From Octopus vulgaris (Eukaryota), in NCBI GenBank assembly GCA_951406725.2, contig OX597814.1, forward strand, positions 69,440,001 through 69,504,000: a stretch of DNA of 64,000 nt, given 5' to 3'. Position numbers and translations under genes: made by a program. Below, piece after piece: positions 53,798-64,000 of this stretch (positions within the stretch are counted from its first letter, which is position 1; each line of letters starts with the position of its first letter). Under the pieces are notes generated by a model. It was given only the letters and a program-made list of their open reading frames with translations, had not been told where the DNA came from and did not search any database.

Positions 53798-53833
<36 letters not shown>

Positions 53834-56625
53834 GTTTAGCGTCCACTTTCCATGCTAGCATGGGTTGGACGGTTCAACTGGGGTCTGGGAAGCCAGAAGG
53901 CTGCACCAGGCCCAGTCTGATCTGGCAAAGTTTCTACGGCTGGATGCCCTTCCTAACGCCAACCACTCCATGAGTGTAGTGGGTGCTTTTTATGTTCCAC
54001 CGGCACAGGTGCCAGACGAGGCTGGCAACGGCACGACCGGATGATGCTTTTTACATGCCACTGGCACGAGGCCAGTCGAGGCAGCGTTGGCAACGGCCAC
54101 ATTCAGATGGTTCTCTTACGTACCACTGGCACTGGTATCACAGCTGCAATTTCCATTGATGTTGATCGATTTCAATTTTGATTTTGGATTTTGGATTTTC
54201 ACTTGCCTCAACAGGTCTTCACAAGTAGAGTTTTGTGTCCCTAGAAGGAAAGGTATGTATAAGTAGACTGGCTACACGCCATGTAGAGGCCATGAGTTAT
54301 GGTCTCATTTGTCCTGCCAGGTCTTCTCACACACAGCATACTTCCAAAGGTCTCGGTCTCTAGTCATTTCCTCGGTGAGACCTAAAGTTCGAAGGTCGTG
54401 CTTCACCATCTCGTCCCAGGTTTTCCTGGGTCTGCCTCTTCCACAGGTTCCCTCAACCGCTAGGGTGTGGCACTTTTTCACACAACTATCTTCCTCCATT
54501 CTCGCCACATGACCATACCAGCACAAACGTCTCTCTTGCACACCACAACTGATGCTTCTTAGGTCCAACTTTTCTCTCAAGGTACTTACACTCTGTCGAG
54601 TATGAACACTGATATTACACATCCATCAGTGCATACTGGCTTCATTTCTTGCGAACTTACGCATATCCTCAGCAGTCACGGCTCATGTTTCACTGCCATG
54701 TAGCATGGCTGTTCGTACACATGCGTCATACAGTCTGCCTTTTACTCTGAGTGAGAGGCCTTTTGTCACCAGCAGAGGTAAGAGCTCTCTGAACTTTGCC
54801 CAAGCTATTCTTACTCTAGCAGTTACACTTTCAGCACACCCACCCCTGCTACTGACTTGGTCACCTAGGTAACGGAAGCTATCAAGTATTTCTAGTTTTT
54901 CTCCCTGGAATGTGGCAGAAGTTGGTCTCAGAGCATTTTCAGTGTTTATTGCTCCTGAGCATCTGCCACATACAAAAACTATCTTCCTAGTTAGCCTTCC
55001 TTTGACATTGCTGCACCTCTTATGTGTCCTAGCTTACACTGGGTGCATCTTATAGAGTTTCTACCTACGCTTTTCTACAGATTGAGCAGAGCCATCTACC
55101 TGAAGGCGTTTGTGATTTGTCTACCTTCCTACTTATTAGGACTTTGGTTTTAGCTAGATTGACTCTAAGGCCCTTCGATTCTAATCTTTATTTCCACACC
55201 TGAAACTTCTCCTCCAGTTCTGATAGTGACTCAGCAATTAGAGCAAGGTTATCAGCATAGGGGAGCTCCCAAGGGCATCCTGTCTTGAATTCCTCCGTTA
55301 TTGCCTGGAGGACTATGATAAATAGGAGGGGGCTGAGGACTGAGCCTTGGTGGACCCCTACCTCTACACGGAATTCTTCACTCTACTCGTTGCCAACCCT
55401 CACCTTACTAGCAGCGTCCCTGTACATGGCTCGCACAGCTCTAACTAACCATTCATGTATCCCTAGTTTCCTCATTGACCACCAGATAAGGGATCAGGGG
55501 ACCCTGTCGAAGGCTTTCTTCATGTCAATGAATGCCATGCACAGGGGCTTATCCTAGACTAGGTATTTCTCCTGCAGCTGCCTTACCAGGAATATAGCAT
55601 CAGTGGTAATTTTCCCTGGCACGAACCCAAACTGCATCTCATGTAAACTAACTCTCTCTCTAATTAGTTGGGCTATGACCCTCTCCGTAACCTTCATTAC
55701 CTGATCCAACAGTTTGATACCTTTGTAATTATTTGTATCTAGGGCGTCACCCTTACCTCTGTAGCAGTTGACTATTATGCTGCTACACCAGTCATTGGGT
55801 ATGACTCCTTCGTGTATCACCTGATTAACTATACGGGTGACTAGGCTATAGCCGACACTACCAGATATTTTGAGCATCTCTGCAGTGATTCCTGATGGGC
55901 CTGGGGCTTTCCCTGTCTTCATGCTTATAATTGCCTTAACTACCAAGGAACTGTCAACTCGGATAGTTGGTCCCTCTGTTGGGTCGACATTCGGCAGACT
56001 CTCTTTCTTCCATTCATTTTCTTTATTCAGCAACTTTTCATTGTGGCGTCTCCAAACCTCTCTCTTTGCATCCTCATTTAGCGCAAGTGAACCATCATCC
56101 ATGCGAACACATTTCTCTCCTACCACATCACGATTCTCTCTCACACACTGTCTGGCAACATGAAATATCTCAAGTCTTTGGTCCTCACGGTGCAGAACAT
56201 TGGCAAATTTTTTCTTATCTGCTTCCCGTCTGGCTAAATAGACCTGTCTCCTAGCTTCTCTTTTGGCAGTCTGATACATTTCCCTGCTACCACCATTCTT
56301 CCAGTCCTTCCAAGCCTGTCTCTTTTCTCTAATAGCCCTGTCTACAACATTGTTCCACCACCACGTTATTTTGGGTCGAGAGGGGACTTTGCACCAGCCA
56401 CAGATCTGGTCAGTGGCTCTCAGCAGGTTGTCCCTAAGAAACGTCCAGTTGTCTTCTACCTCATGTGAAGCTCTATCCCCTTCTACTTCGTCAAAGGCTT
56501 CAAGTAATATGTCCCTAAATCTCTGTCCATTCGCAGGATCTTTAAGCTTCCAGATCCTTCTTCTACATGTTGGTCGTCTTCTGGTCATCCTCTTAGTCCT
56601 GATCCTAAAGTCACTAACTCCCAGT
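53798..56625 (-). mobile_element. RTE family A LINE, 5'-truncated, with RT and 3' UTR
   Basis: ORF 55554..56588 (KAPGPSG, YKGIKLL, QFGFVPG); further motifs HQGSVLSPLLF and YADNL; (CAT)n at 53798-53833. Confidence 0.92.
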
Positions 56626-56626
56626 C

Positions 56627-56670
<44 letters not shown>

Positions 56671-56672
<2 letters not shown>

Positions 56673-57083
56673 AGATAAAGGCAGAAGAAAAATTCTAATG
56701 CCAGATACGCCGAAAACAAAAAATTGTCGATAACCATTAAATTTATGCGTCTCGAAACAAACCGATAGAAATCTCTAAAAAATTCGTTATTACCGTATTG
56801 GTCCAATTTTCTTATCTGCTTCCCGTCTGGCTAAATAGACCTGTCTCCTAGCTTCTCTTTTGGCAGTCTGATACAATTCCCTGCTACCACCATTCTTCCA
56901 GTCCTTCCAAGCCTGTCTCTTTTCTCTAATAGCCCTGTCTACAACATTGTTCCACCACCACCATTAGAATTTTTCTTCTGCCCTTATCTTGTAAATTATG
57001 TATAAATTTTACCTTTAAAGGCATTTTTTGATATGCTGGCCATTGATAAAATTTTTTTCCTGAAAAAATTTTTATCCTATATC

Positions 57084-57087
<4 letters not shown>
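56671..57087. mobile_element. Small fold-back element between (TA)n tracts with captured RTE sequence
   Basis: Arms 56671-56700 / 56962-56991; 56807-56961 duplicates 56210-56364; ~95 nt tail then (TA)n. Confidence 0.7.
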
Positions 57088-57121
<34 letters not shown>

Positions 57122-57279
57122 TATAACTTATGATTGTTATCTTATCATATACTGTCCACTTTTGTTCTCTACACCAGCTGCCTATCACTTGAAACTTATA
57201 AACTTATAAACTCAGATCTCTGAATCATATTTATATACTGAAATTTTGTTCCAACTTTTGAGAATACTAACAGTGTGGA

Positions 57280-58758
57280 AGCCATAGGAATGCAAAAAAA
57301 CTAAAGTTGAACAAGTTGTTTAAGGATATTTCTTTAACAAATAAAAACAAATATATGAGTCTTATGATTCATAGCACAAATGAACTGATTCCCCATACCA
57401 GGTGGAAGGTCTTCTTTGTTAACAATTCTTCTATAAATCCTGAAAACAGGAATCATCAAGCCTCCTTCAATGAATTTAGGTCTTGGAAAAACCCTTTCCT
57501 AGCAGCAATCTGGATAACTTCGAGAAGGATTTAATTAGTTTAATAAGGGATACAAAGTTTAAACCTAGGAACCATGTGCTCAACCCCTCACCTGACAAAA
57601 ATTTACAACTTGATTAGAAAACATAAGAAGTACAATAGAATTCTTGTTCACACAGATAAAACTGGAAACCTATATAGTGTACCACTGGATACCAGAAACT
57701 TAAGCTCAAACAGCTACAAAATGGTATCAGATCCTGTTCTAAAAGAAATTAACCAACAGATTTGTGATTTAGTTTTTAATCTCAGTCTGAAGGATGACTG
57801 AAACATTTGAGCCCAGACCACCCCACATTAACCATAAAGATAATTTTGTTGCAAACCCTTCTCTTCACCTCGCTTACCCCTAAGTTAGAATAAGTAAAAG
57901 TCCTTCATTCTAAGATTCTGTTAAACCTCTGATCTAACAGAATGAAGGTTATGCAATGGTTTAAATTCTTATCCCATAAGAATAGATATAAATTCATTCA
58001 AGTTCATATAAACTATTATTATTGGTTTGAAATTTTGACACAAGGCCAGCAATTTTGGAGTATGGGGTAAGTTGATTACATCAACCCTAGTACTCAACTA
58101 GTACTCAACTGCTACTTATTTTATTGATTCCAAAAGGATGAAAGGCAAAGTCGACCTCAACAGAACTTTGAACTCAGAATGTAAAAACAAATGCAAGACC
58201 AGTATTATTCAAGCATTTCACCTATTCTGCTTAATAAAGCTCTAATTTTCACCCTTAAAAATCCCAACTTCACTAGAAAATATGTGGATATAATTCTTGC
58301 AGCCCACTGAACTGTTATTAAGTTTGATGTAAAACTATGGGCCCATAAAGATACTCCCAATTACTTTGACATCCTAATGGGGTCTAGTGACTTGGACCAG
58401 GTGATTGACCTTATGGGATGTTGCATACTCCATTGTCTCCATGATCTCTTCCCCTGTATTTCCAATGGTCTACATAGAGATGACACTCTATTTGTGGTCC
58501 AGTGATGTAATAAGAGGGAAATCAAGAAATATATATAAAGCCTTAAAACTGCTGATTTCCTGGATGTCACATCAGATTTCCAAAATGACTCCTTCCATCC
58601 CTATCACAAACTATGTGAGGACCTAAACCCCTCTGTTCTTAAATCTATCATAATCAGTGTTTCCAGTAGAATTTCCTCACTATCAGCCAATAAAGAAATA
58701 TTCAATCAATATACTGAACAGTGCACTAAATTGAGCTAGTTATAAGAACCCAATTAGG
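57280..58758 (+). mobile_element. Degenerate PLE ORF (N-terminus and RT), interrupted by a SINE
   Basis: KYMSLMI..RWKVFF, VHTDKTGNLY, FDILMGSSDLDQVIDLMG, GLHRDD, DFLDVT, RISSLSANKEIF. Confidence 0.75.
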
Positions 58759-58760
58759 TA

Positions 58761-59240
58761 CAGTAGCGGGAAATAAATATTCGTACATGTCAAAATTCTT
58801 TATTTATTTAATTTCTAATGAAAATAAATGGGATATACCAATACTATATTTGCATACACATGCATAAACTAAGAATATGCAAGAGAAACTAATAAATCAT
58901 AGTAACTAAGGAATTTATATTCAATTACAAATATTTAGGGGTGAAAAAAATATTTGTTCAGAACATAGATAACTGATAATTCTGATTTAATACTTCATAG
59001 CATAACCATTATTCATTTCCACTTCAACTAATCTCTTCTCAATGACTCGCATGTTTCTTTAGGAATTTTTTCTCCTTCTTCTTGACAAATTTTCTTTAAA
59101 TCTGTAATGCATGTTGGGGTTTTTAAATGAATTTTAATTTTCAAATAACGCCACAAATTTTCAGTGGAGTACCTACTTGTATTTTGAAGTTTTTGGCTAA
59201 CGAGGATGTATTTAAATAAAATCGAAATTACTATAACCAT
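58761..59240 (-). mobile_element. Tc1-like transposon end fragment
   Basis: TA|CAGT terminus at 58761; minus-strand ENLWRYLK..DLKKICQEE..KIPKETCESL is a transposase C-terminus. Confidence 0.7.
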
Positions 59241-59282
59241 GCATTATTTGAGTCTGGATATAAAGACAGGATTTATGAAAGT

Positions 59283-60061
59283 AGTATGATCCGCTGGATA
59301 TGTAATGTCAGTATGCACACACGACAGAGTGTAAGTACCCTGAGAGAAATGTTGGCCATAAGAAACATCAGATGTGGTGTGCAAGAGAGACGATTGCGCT
59401 GGTATGGTCATGTGCTGCGTATGGATGCAGAGAGCTGTGTGAAGAAGTGTCACACCCTAACAATGGAAGGAACCTGTGGAAGAGGGAGACCCAAGAAGAC
59501 ATGGGATGAGGTGGTGAAGCATGACCTTTGAATGTTGGGACTCACAGAGGCAATGATGAAAGACTGAGACCTCTGGAGATATGCTGTGACTGAGAAGACC
59601 TGGCAAGTAAAGTGAGATCACAGCCGTAGCCAACACCAGTGTTGCATAACTAGCCCACTTAGAAAAGTACCTTTGGAGCATCAGGCAACATACTGTACTT
59701 GAGGAGACCTTTTGAGTCAAGTAAATCAAAATCAAAATCAAATGGAAATTGTAGTTGTGGCCAATGCCAGTGCCGCCTGTCTGACTCCCATGCTGGTGGC
59801 ATGCAATAAGCCGCCCCATTCATGCATGTGCCACCTGACTAGTTCCATTCATGCCAATGCTGCCTGACTGGCCAGTGGCACGTAAAAAGCACCCACTGCA
59901 CTCTAGGAATGGTTGGCTTTAGGAAAGGCATCCAGCTGTAGAAATATTGCCAGATCAGATTGGAGCCTGGTGCAGCCTCCTGGCTTGCCAGTCCCCAGTC
60001 AAACCATCCAACCTATGCCTGCATGGAAAACAGATGTTAAATAATGATGATGATGATGATA
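59283..60061 (+). mobile_element. RTE family A 3' fragment
   Basis: MIRWICNV..RRLRWYGHV..GRPKKTW, 3' UTR and (GAT)n. Confidence 0.88.
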
Positions 60062-60323
60062 TATTGTTTAACTTCTTGAAAATTATAGTATACTTACAAA
60101 CAGACACATTAACTTGTATGTAAAATGACATATACATAAATGAAGCTTGCTGTCCCCACATATGTAAATACATGCATATGCATTTATAAATACATACATA
60201 TGCATATATTGAAGAGGGAGCAGTGAAAGAGAGTAATTTTATTATATATCAGTAAAGTGATAAAAAAAATGACTAAAGAATATAAATTAAAATGAAATGT
60301 ATGCTTAACAGAGATTCATTTAC

Positions 60324-60534
60324 CATCTTTCCATTCTCGTGTTGCTGGGTTGATGACACCAAAGAGTTCATCATTCGTTACTGCTTTTGGATCTAAATCT
60401 ATGGCTATTGGTTTTAACTGCTGATTGCGATTTGTCTGCAGCAGACTATTCCAGACTTTACTTTTGCCAGTCCCAGGTTTCCCAATAATAAATACAGAAT
60501 GCCTGACATCAAATAGTTCTTGAAGTTGAACCAC
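60324..60534 (-). CDS. DNAH9/DNAH17: Axonemal dynein heavy chain exon (AAA2 P-loop)
   Basis: [49 protein letters not shown]. Acceptor TTGCAG| at 60535, donor GTAAAT at 60323; 211 nt. The split codon G|GA joins in frame to the exon at 34766 (WKDGLFS). Confidence 0.95.
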
Positions 60535-60996
60535 CTGCAATTGGATATTTTTCTTGTTTTAATTTAAAAGCAAAATTATAATAGTAAAACTATCATCAAA
60601 TTAAACCTTATTCCTCTCTTTAACATTGTATATCTGTTTTTTGGTGCACGCAGTTCTTTATACTGGCATCTCTTGTGTAGTCATAATTGTTTCAAAAACT
60701 ACCAGTCTATCTGCCTCTTCACATAGTTAGTATAAAAACAGAAAAACATAGATTTCACATGTAGTTCATAATTTAATTGTATTCAACTGTTACATTCAGA
60801 TTTAAAACAATGTTAACCCAAATCATAGAGAACAGTAATCAGTAAACTGTTACTGATTTAATTACAAGACAGAAAGAAAAAACACTGAGAAGGAAAAAGA
60901 GAAGAGAAAACCCTAAATATATTGATAAAACACACACAGATACACATGCATATAAATTATATAAATACATCTATTTAGCTATCTATATATATATAC

Positions 60997-61660
60997 ATCA
61001 TCATCATCATCATCATTTAACATCTGCTTTCCATGTTGGCATGGATTGGACAGCTTGACATGGAGCTGGCTAGCAGGGAGCTATCCAGACTCCAGCTGTC
61101 TATTGAGGCATGGTTTCTATGGCTGGATGCCCTTTCTAATGCTGACCACTTAAAGTGTGTTGGGTGTCATTTATGTGCCACTGGCACAGGTGTGTTTATA
61201 CAACACCGGCTTGGGTGCATTAACACAGTACCAGCATGGGTGCCTTTTAAGTGGCACTGACACCTGAAAGGACAAGCTTGTACGTGTGGAAGACATTGAT
61301 TTTACTTAGCTTGGTGTTTCTTATCAAGTACAGCAAATCACTATATTTCCACAGTGAGGCCCAGCATCTGAAGAGCCTTTCTCACCACTTTGTCTCATAT
61401 CTTCCTGGGTTTACTCTTTCCAAAGGTACCCTCCACAATAAGAGATCAGTACTTCTTTATGCAGCTGTCCTCATCCGGACACATCACATGACCAAACCAG
61501 CACAATCGTCTCTCTTGCACACATCTGATGCCACTTATACCCAGTTTTCCTCTTAAATAATTAACACTCTGTCATGCATACCAGTGAAGCATGCCAGCTT
61601 CATTTCTTTCAAGCCTTCACAAGTCCTCTGCAGTATAAGGCCTCCTTTCACTACCATGTA
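60997..61660 (-). mobile_element. Older RTE family A 3' fragment
   Basis: (CAT)n, diverged 3' UTR and C-terminal coding remnant. Confidence 0.75.
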
Positions 61661-61934
61661 GGTGGCCTTAAACTGCAGTGTCTTCATATCTTACCAAGCT
61701 ATTGTTGATTTGGATAGCTGATCGCTATCTTCATTTACATACAAGATCAAAAATAAGATCACATATGCAAAAAAGAAATGAACACACAATACAGAAGAAA
61801 AGTAATTTTTGCATCTGTGATTTATTTTTGATCTATTATGTAAATAAAGATATTTCCTTCGTTTTGCTGCTTTTCTTTCTATGTAATGAGAAGATACACT
61901 GCGGAACTGTTATCTTAATGAGTTGTGTCTATTT

Positions 61935-62040
61935 ATCACCTGATGAGACACATCTGCACTGCCAGATGCTCCTGAACCAGTTGTTAAGCATCCCACCTGT
62001 GAAGGCTCAATGCCAGATGTATCAAAACAACTGTTGTGAT
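61935..62040 (+). ncRNA. Decayed type I hammerhead ribozyme-like motif
   Basis: ATCAC-CTGATGA-GACACATCTG...CAGATGTATC-AAAA-CAACTG-TT-GTGAT, followed by AATAAA. Confidence 0.6.
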
Positions 62041-62302
62041 TAATAATAAATTTTCATATATTCCATCTTCTATCTTTTATTTATCATATATGTACATACA
62101 CATGCATAATTAAGGATAAAATCTAATGATCTTATCAGTGGCCTTACTCTGGTATTATCTTGATCAAATACACACATGGTTGAGATGAATAATCAAATTT
62201 GCCTCATATATACATGTGGATATATGTATATATTTGTATATATATATATGAATGTATTTGTATGGGTATGTATATATATTTATATTCATGTACTTCTAGT
62301 AT

Positions 62303-62363
62303 ATTCTATTGATGAAGGTAAAGTAATTTGTATTACTAAATCAGAAATTGGATGATCTAGAAT
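62303..62363 (+). ncRNA. Decayed type I hammerhead ribozyme-like motif
   Basis: ATTCTA-TTGATGA-(AGTAAT/ATTACT hairpin)-GAAA-TTGGATGA-TC-TAGAAT; 6-bp stem I; tail ends in (TA)n. Confidence 0.5.
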
Positions 62364-62574
62364 TAATCTCAAAATTTTACTAAATCTCTGTTTTCATTTG
62401 CTCGCTTTCATCCTTGTACTAATGGAGTGTAATTGAAGTGGTTTTTAGAGTTTTTTGATGTCTATATCTAGTTTGTAGGTACTGTTTCTCAGTACCCTTA
62501 ATTTTAATTATATCTATAGTTATATATATATATATACACACACACATGTACTTACATACCCCTCTCTCTATATT

Positions 62575-62656
<82 letters not shown>

Positions 62657-63124
62657 TATATATATATTCAATCAGTTGTTCTTAAATCTGAAAGAAGCAC
62701 ACTCTAAAACAATTTTTCTGAGCAGTCATATTTTATGTAGTCATTGGTTGCGCCCAGTCAGAAGGTCATCACTGGTTTCACATATATTAATGCCCATAGC
62801 AATATAAGCAATCGAACAGATTTGCTGGTACATAACCTCTTTATCAAAGGGGTAAAAATACAGCCTTGGTCAGCTTGGTGGTGCAAAATTTTTTATAAGT
62901 GGAAACTCCAATGTAGGCTTCCCTGCCTGCTGACTAGTGTATGGAAAATGTACATAAACCGATACTTTTGGGATGCAACTGGAGCTGTTGAAAGGGAGGT
63001 AACTCCATTTCTCTGAGAAAAGGTTAACATTGAAAATATTTCATTTCAGGTGTTTTTTCACCTATCAAGCTGCACAAGTCTGTATTTACACCTCCATTAG
63101 TAAAGAGATTGTGAAACCAATGCT

Positions 63125-63270
63125 GAGTGGTTGGTATTAGGAAGGGCATCCAGCTGTAATAATCCTATCAAAACAGTCACAGAAGTCAGGTGCAGGCTTT
63201 GGCTTGGCTGGCTCTTATACCATCCTATTCATGCTAGCATGGAACACAGACGTTAAATGATGATGATTAT
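63125..63270 (+). mobile_element. RTE family A extreme 3' end
   Basis: GGAAGGGCATCCAGCTGTA..CATGCTAGCATGGAA..(GAT)n. Confidence 0.7.
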
Positions 63271-63355
63271 CAATACATATATATAAAAGAGAGATTCTGT
63301 CCATTGAGCAAAATATTCTCACTGGTTGTGATAAACATGACACCATCTTCGTTCC

Positions 63356-63455
63356 TTGCATACCACTTATGCAGATTCCTATCCTACCGCTATGAGCATT
63401 AATAAAAGTCAGGGCCAATCACTAAAAGTTGTTGGATTGCAATTTGAAGAACACA
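63356..63455 (+). mobile_element. Helitron RepHel/Pif1 helicase remnant
   Basis: AMSINKSQGQSLKVVGL matches the Pif1-type helicase motif AMTINKSQGQSL. Confidence 0.6.
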
Positions 63456-63930
63456 GAAGTTTGTATATGAAATCCATCTTTTTTCTACTTCAATTATTAC
63501 ATATTTTCCTCTTATATAATACACACATACAGTACACTTAAACCTAAATCTGGCAGATAGGACACAGCATTTGCAATTTCATTGGACTTTTACTTACTGT
63601 TGCCTTGCCTTCCATTCCTGTAATATAGCATCGGAATTTCAACGCTAATATTGACAGGACACATCATTTATAATTTCATTTCACTATTACTTACTGATAT
63701 TCCTAATAAAAAAAAAATGTCTGCAAAAGAAAGACCATCAAAAAACAAATGCCAAACAAATGCATGACGTGTGATGCTTTTGTTCCACTTGACCTGCAGC
63801 CTTTTCAGTGCCATTGCAGTCAACTGGATTCCGTAAAGCTATTCTTCCATATGATATACCCATTTTTCTAGCTTCTCGGCCTGAGAAACAGTAAAAGTAA
63901 TTACCTGATCAACAATGGGTATCACTGCCA

Positions 63931-63979
<49 letters not shown>

Positions 63980-64000
63980 TAAGATGAATTAAATCTGGCA

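Noticed and set aside
63780-63935. Non-repetitive stretch that could be the upstream dynein exon
   Set aside because: No resemblance to the expected DLFP..LQ.E..FILK sequence was found on the minus strand.

Overview
AT-rich, repeat-saturated eukaryotic DNA. The repeat complement suggests a coleoid cephalopod such as Octopus (inference, not checked). The only host gene visible is an axonemal outer-arm dynein heavy chain (DNAH9/11/17 or ciliary beta-chain type) on the minus strand. It has two exons (60534-60324 and 34766-34490) that splice in frame across a 25.6 kb intron; the rest of the window appears intronic. The introns hold decayed RTE, Tx1/L1-like, CR1-like, RLE-type and Penelope-like retroelements, a Gypsy LTR relic, Tc1/mariner relics, hAT and piggyBac MITEs, and a ~10 kb head-to-tail Helitron array. 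The most striking signal the ORF track does not explain is a set of at least eight type I hammerhead-ribozyme-like motifs with short palindromic stem III, one with a compensatory G3-C8 core. Most lie in or near small non-coding fold-back elements built as (TA)n - inverted arm - spacer - arm - tail - (TA)n. Two of these elements carry spacers copied almost perfectly from nearby DNA. A 0.9 kb palindrome of Penelope RT sequence has a similar arm-arm-tail-(TA)n layout. All structures were read by eye, and coordinates of decayed repeats are approximate.
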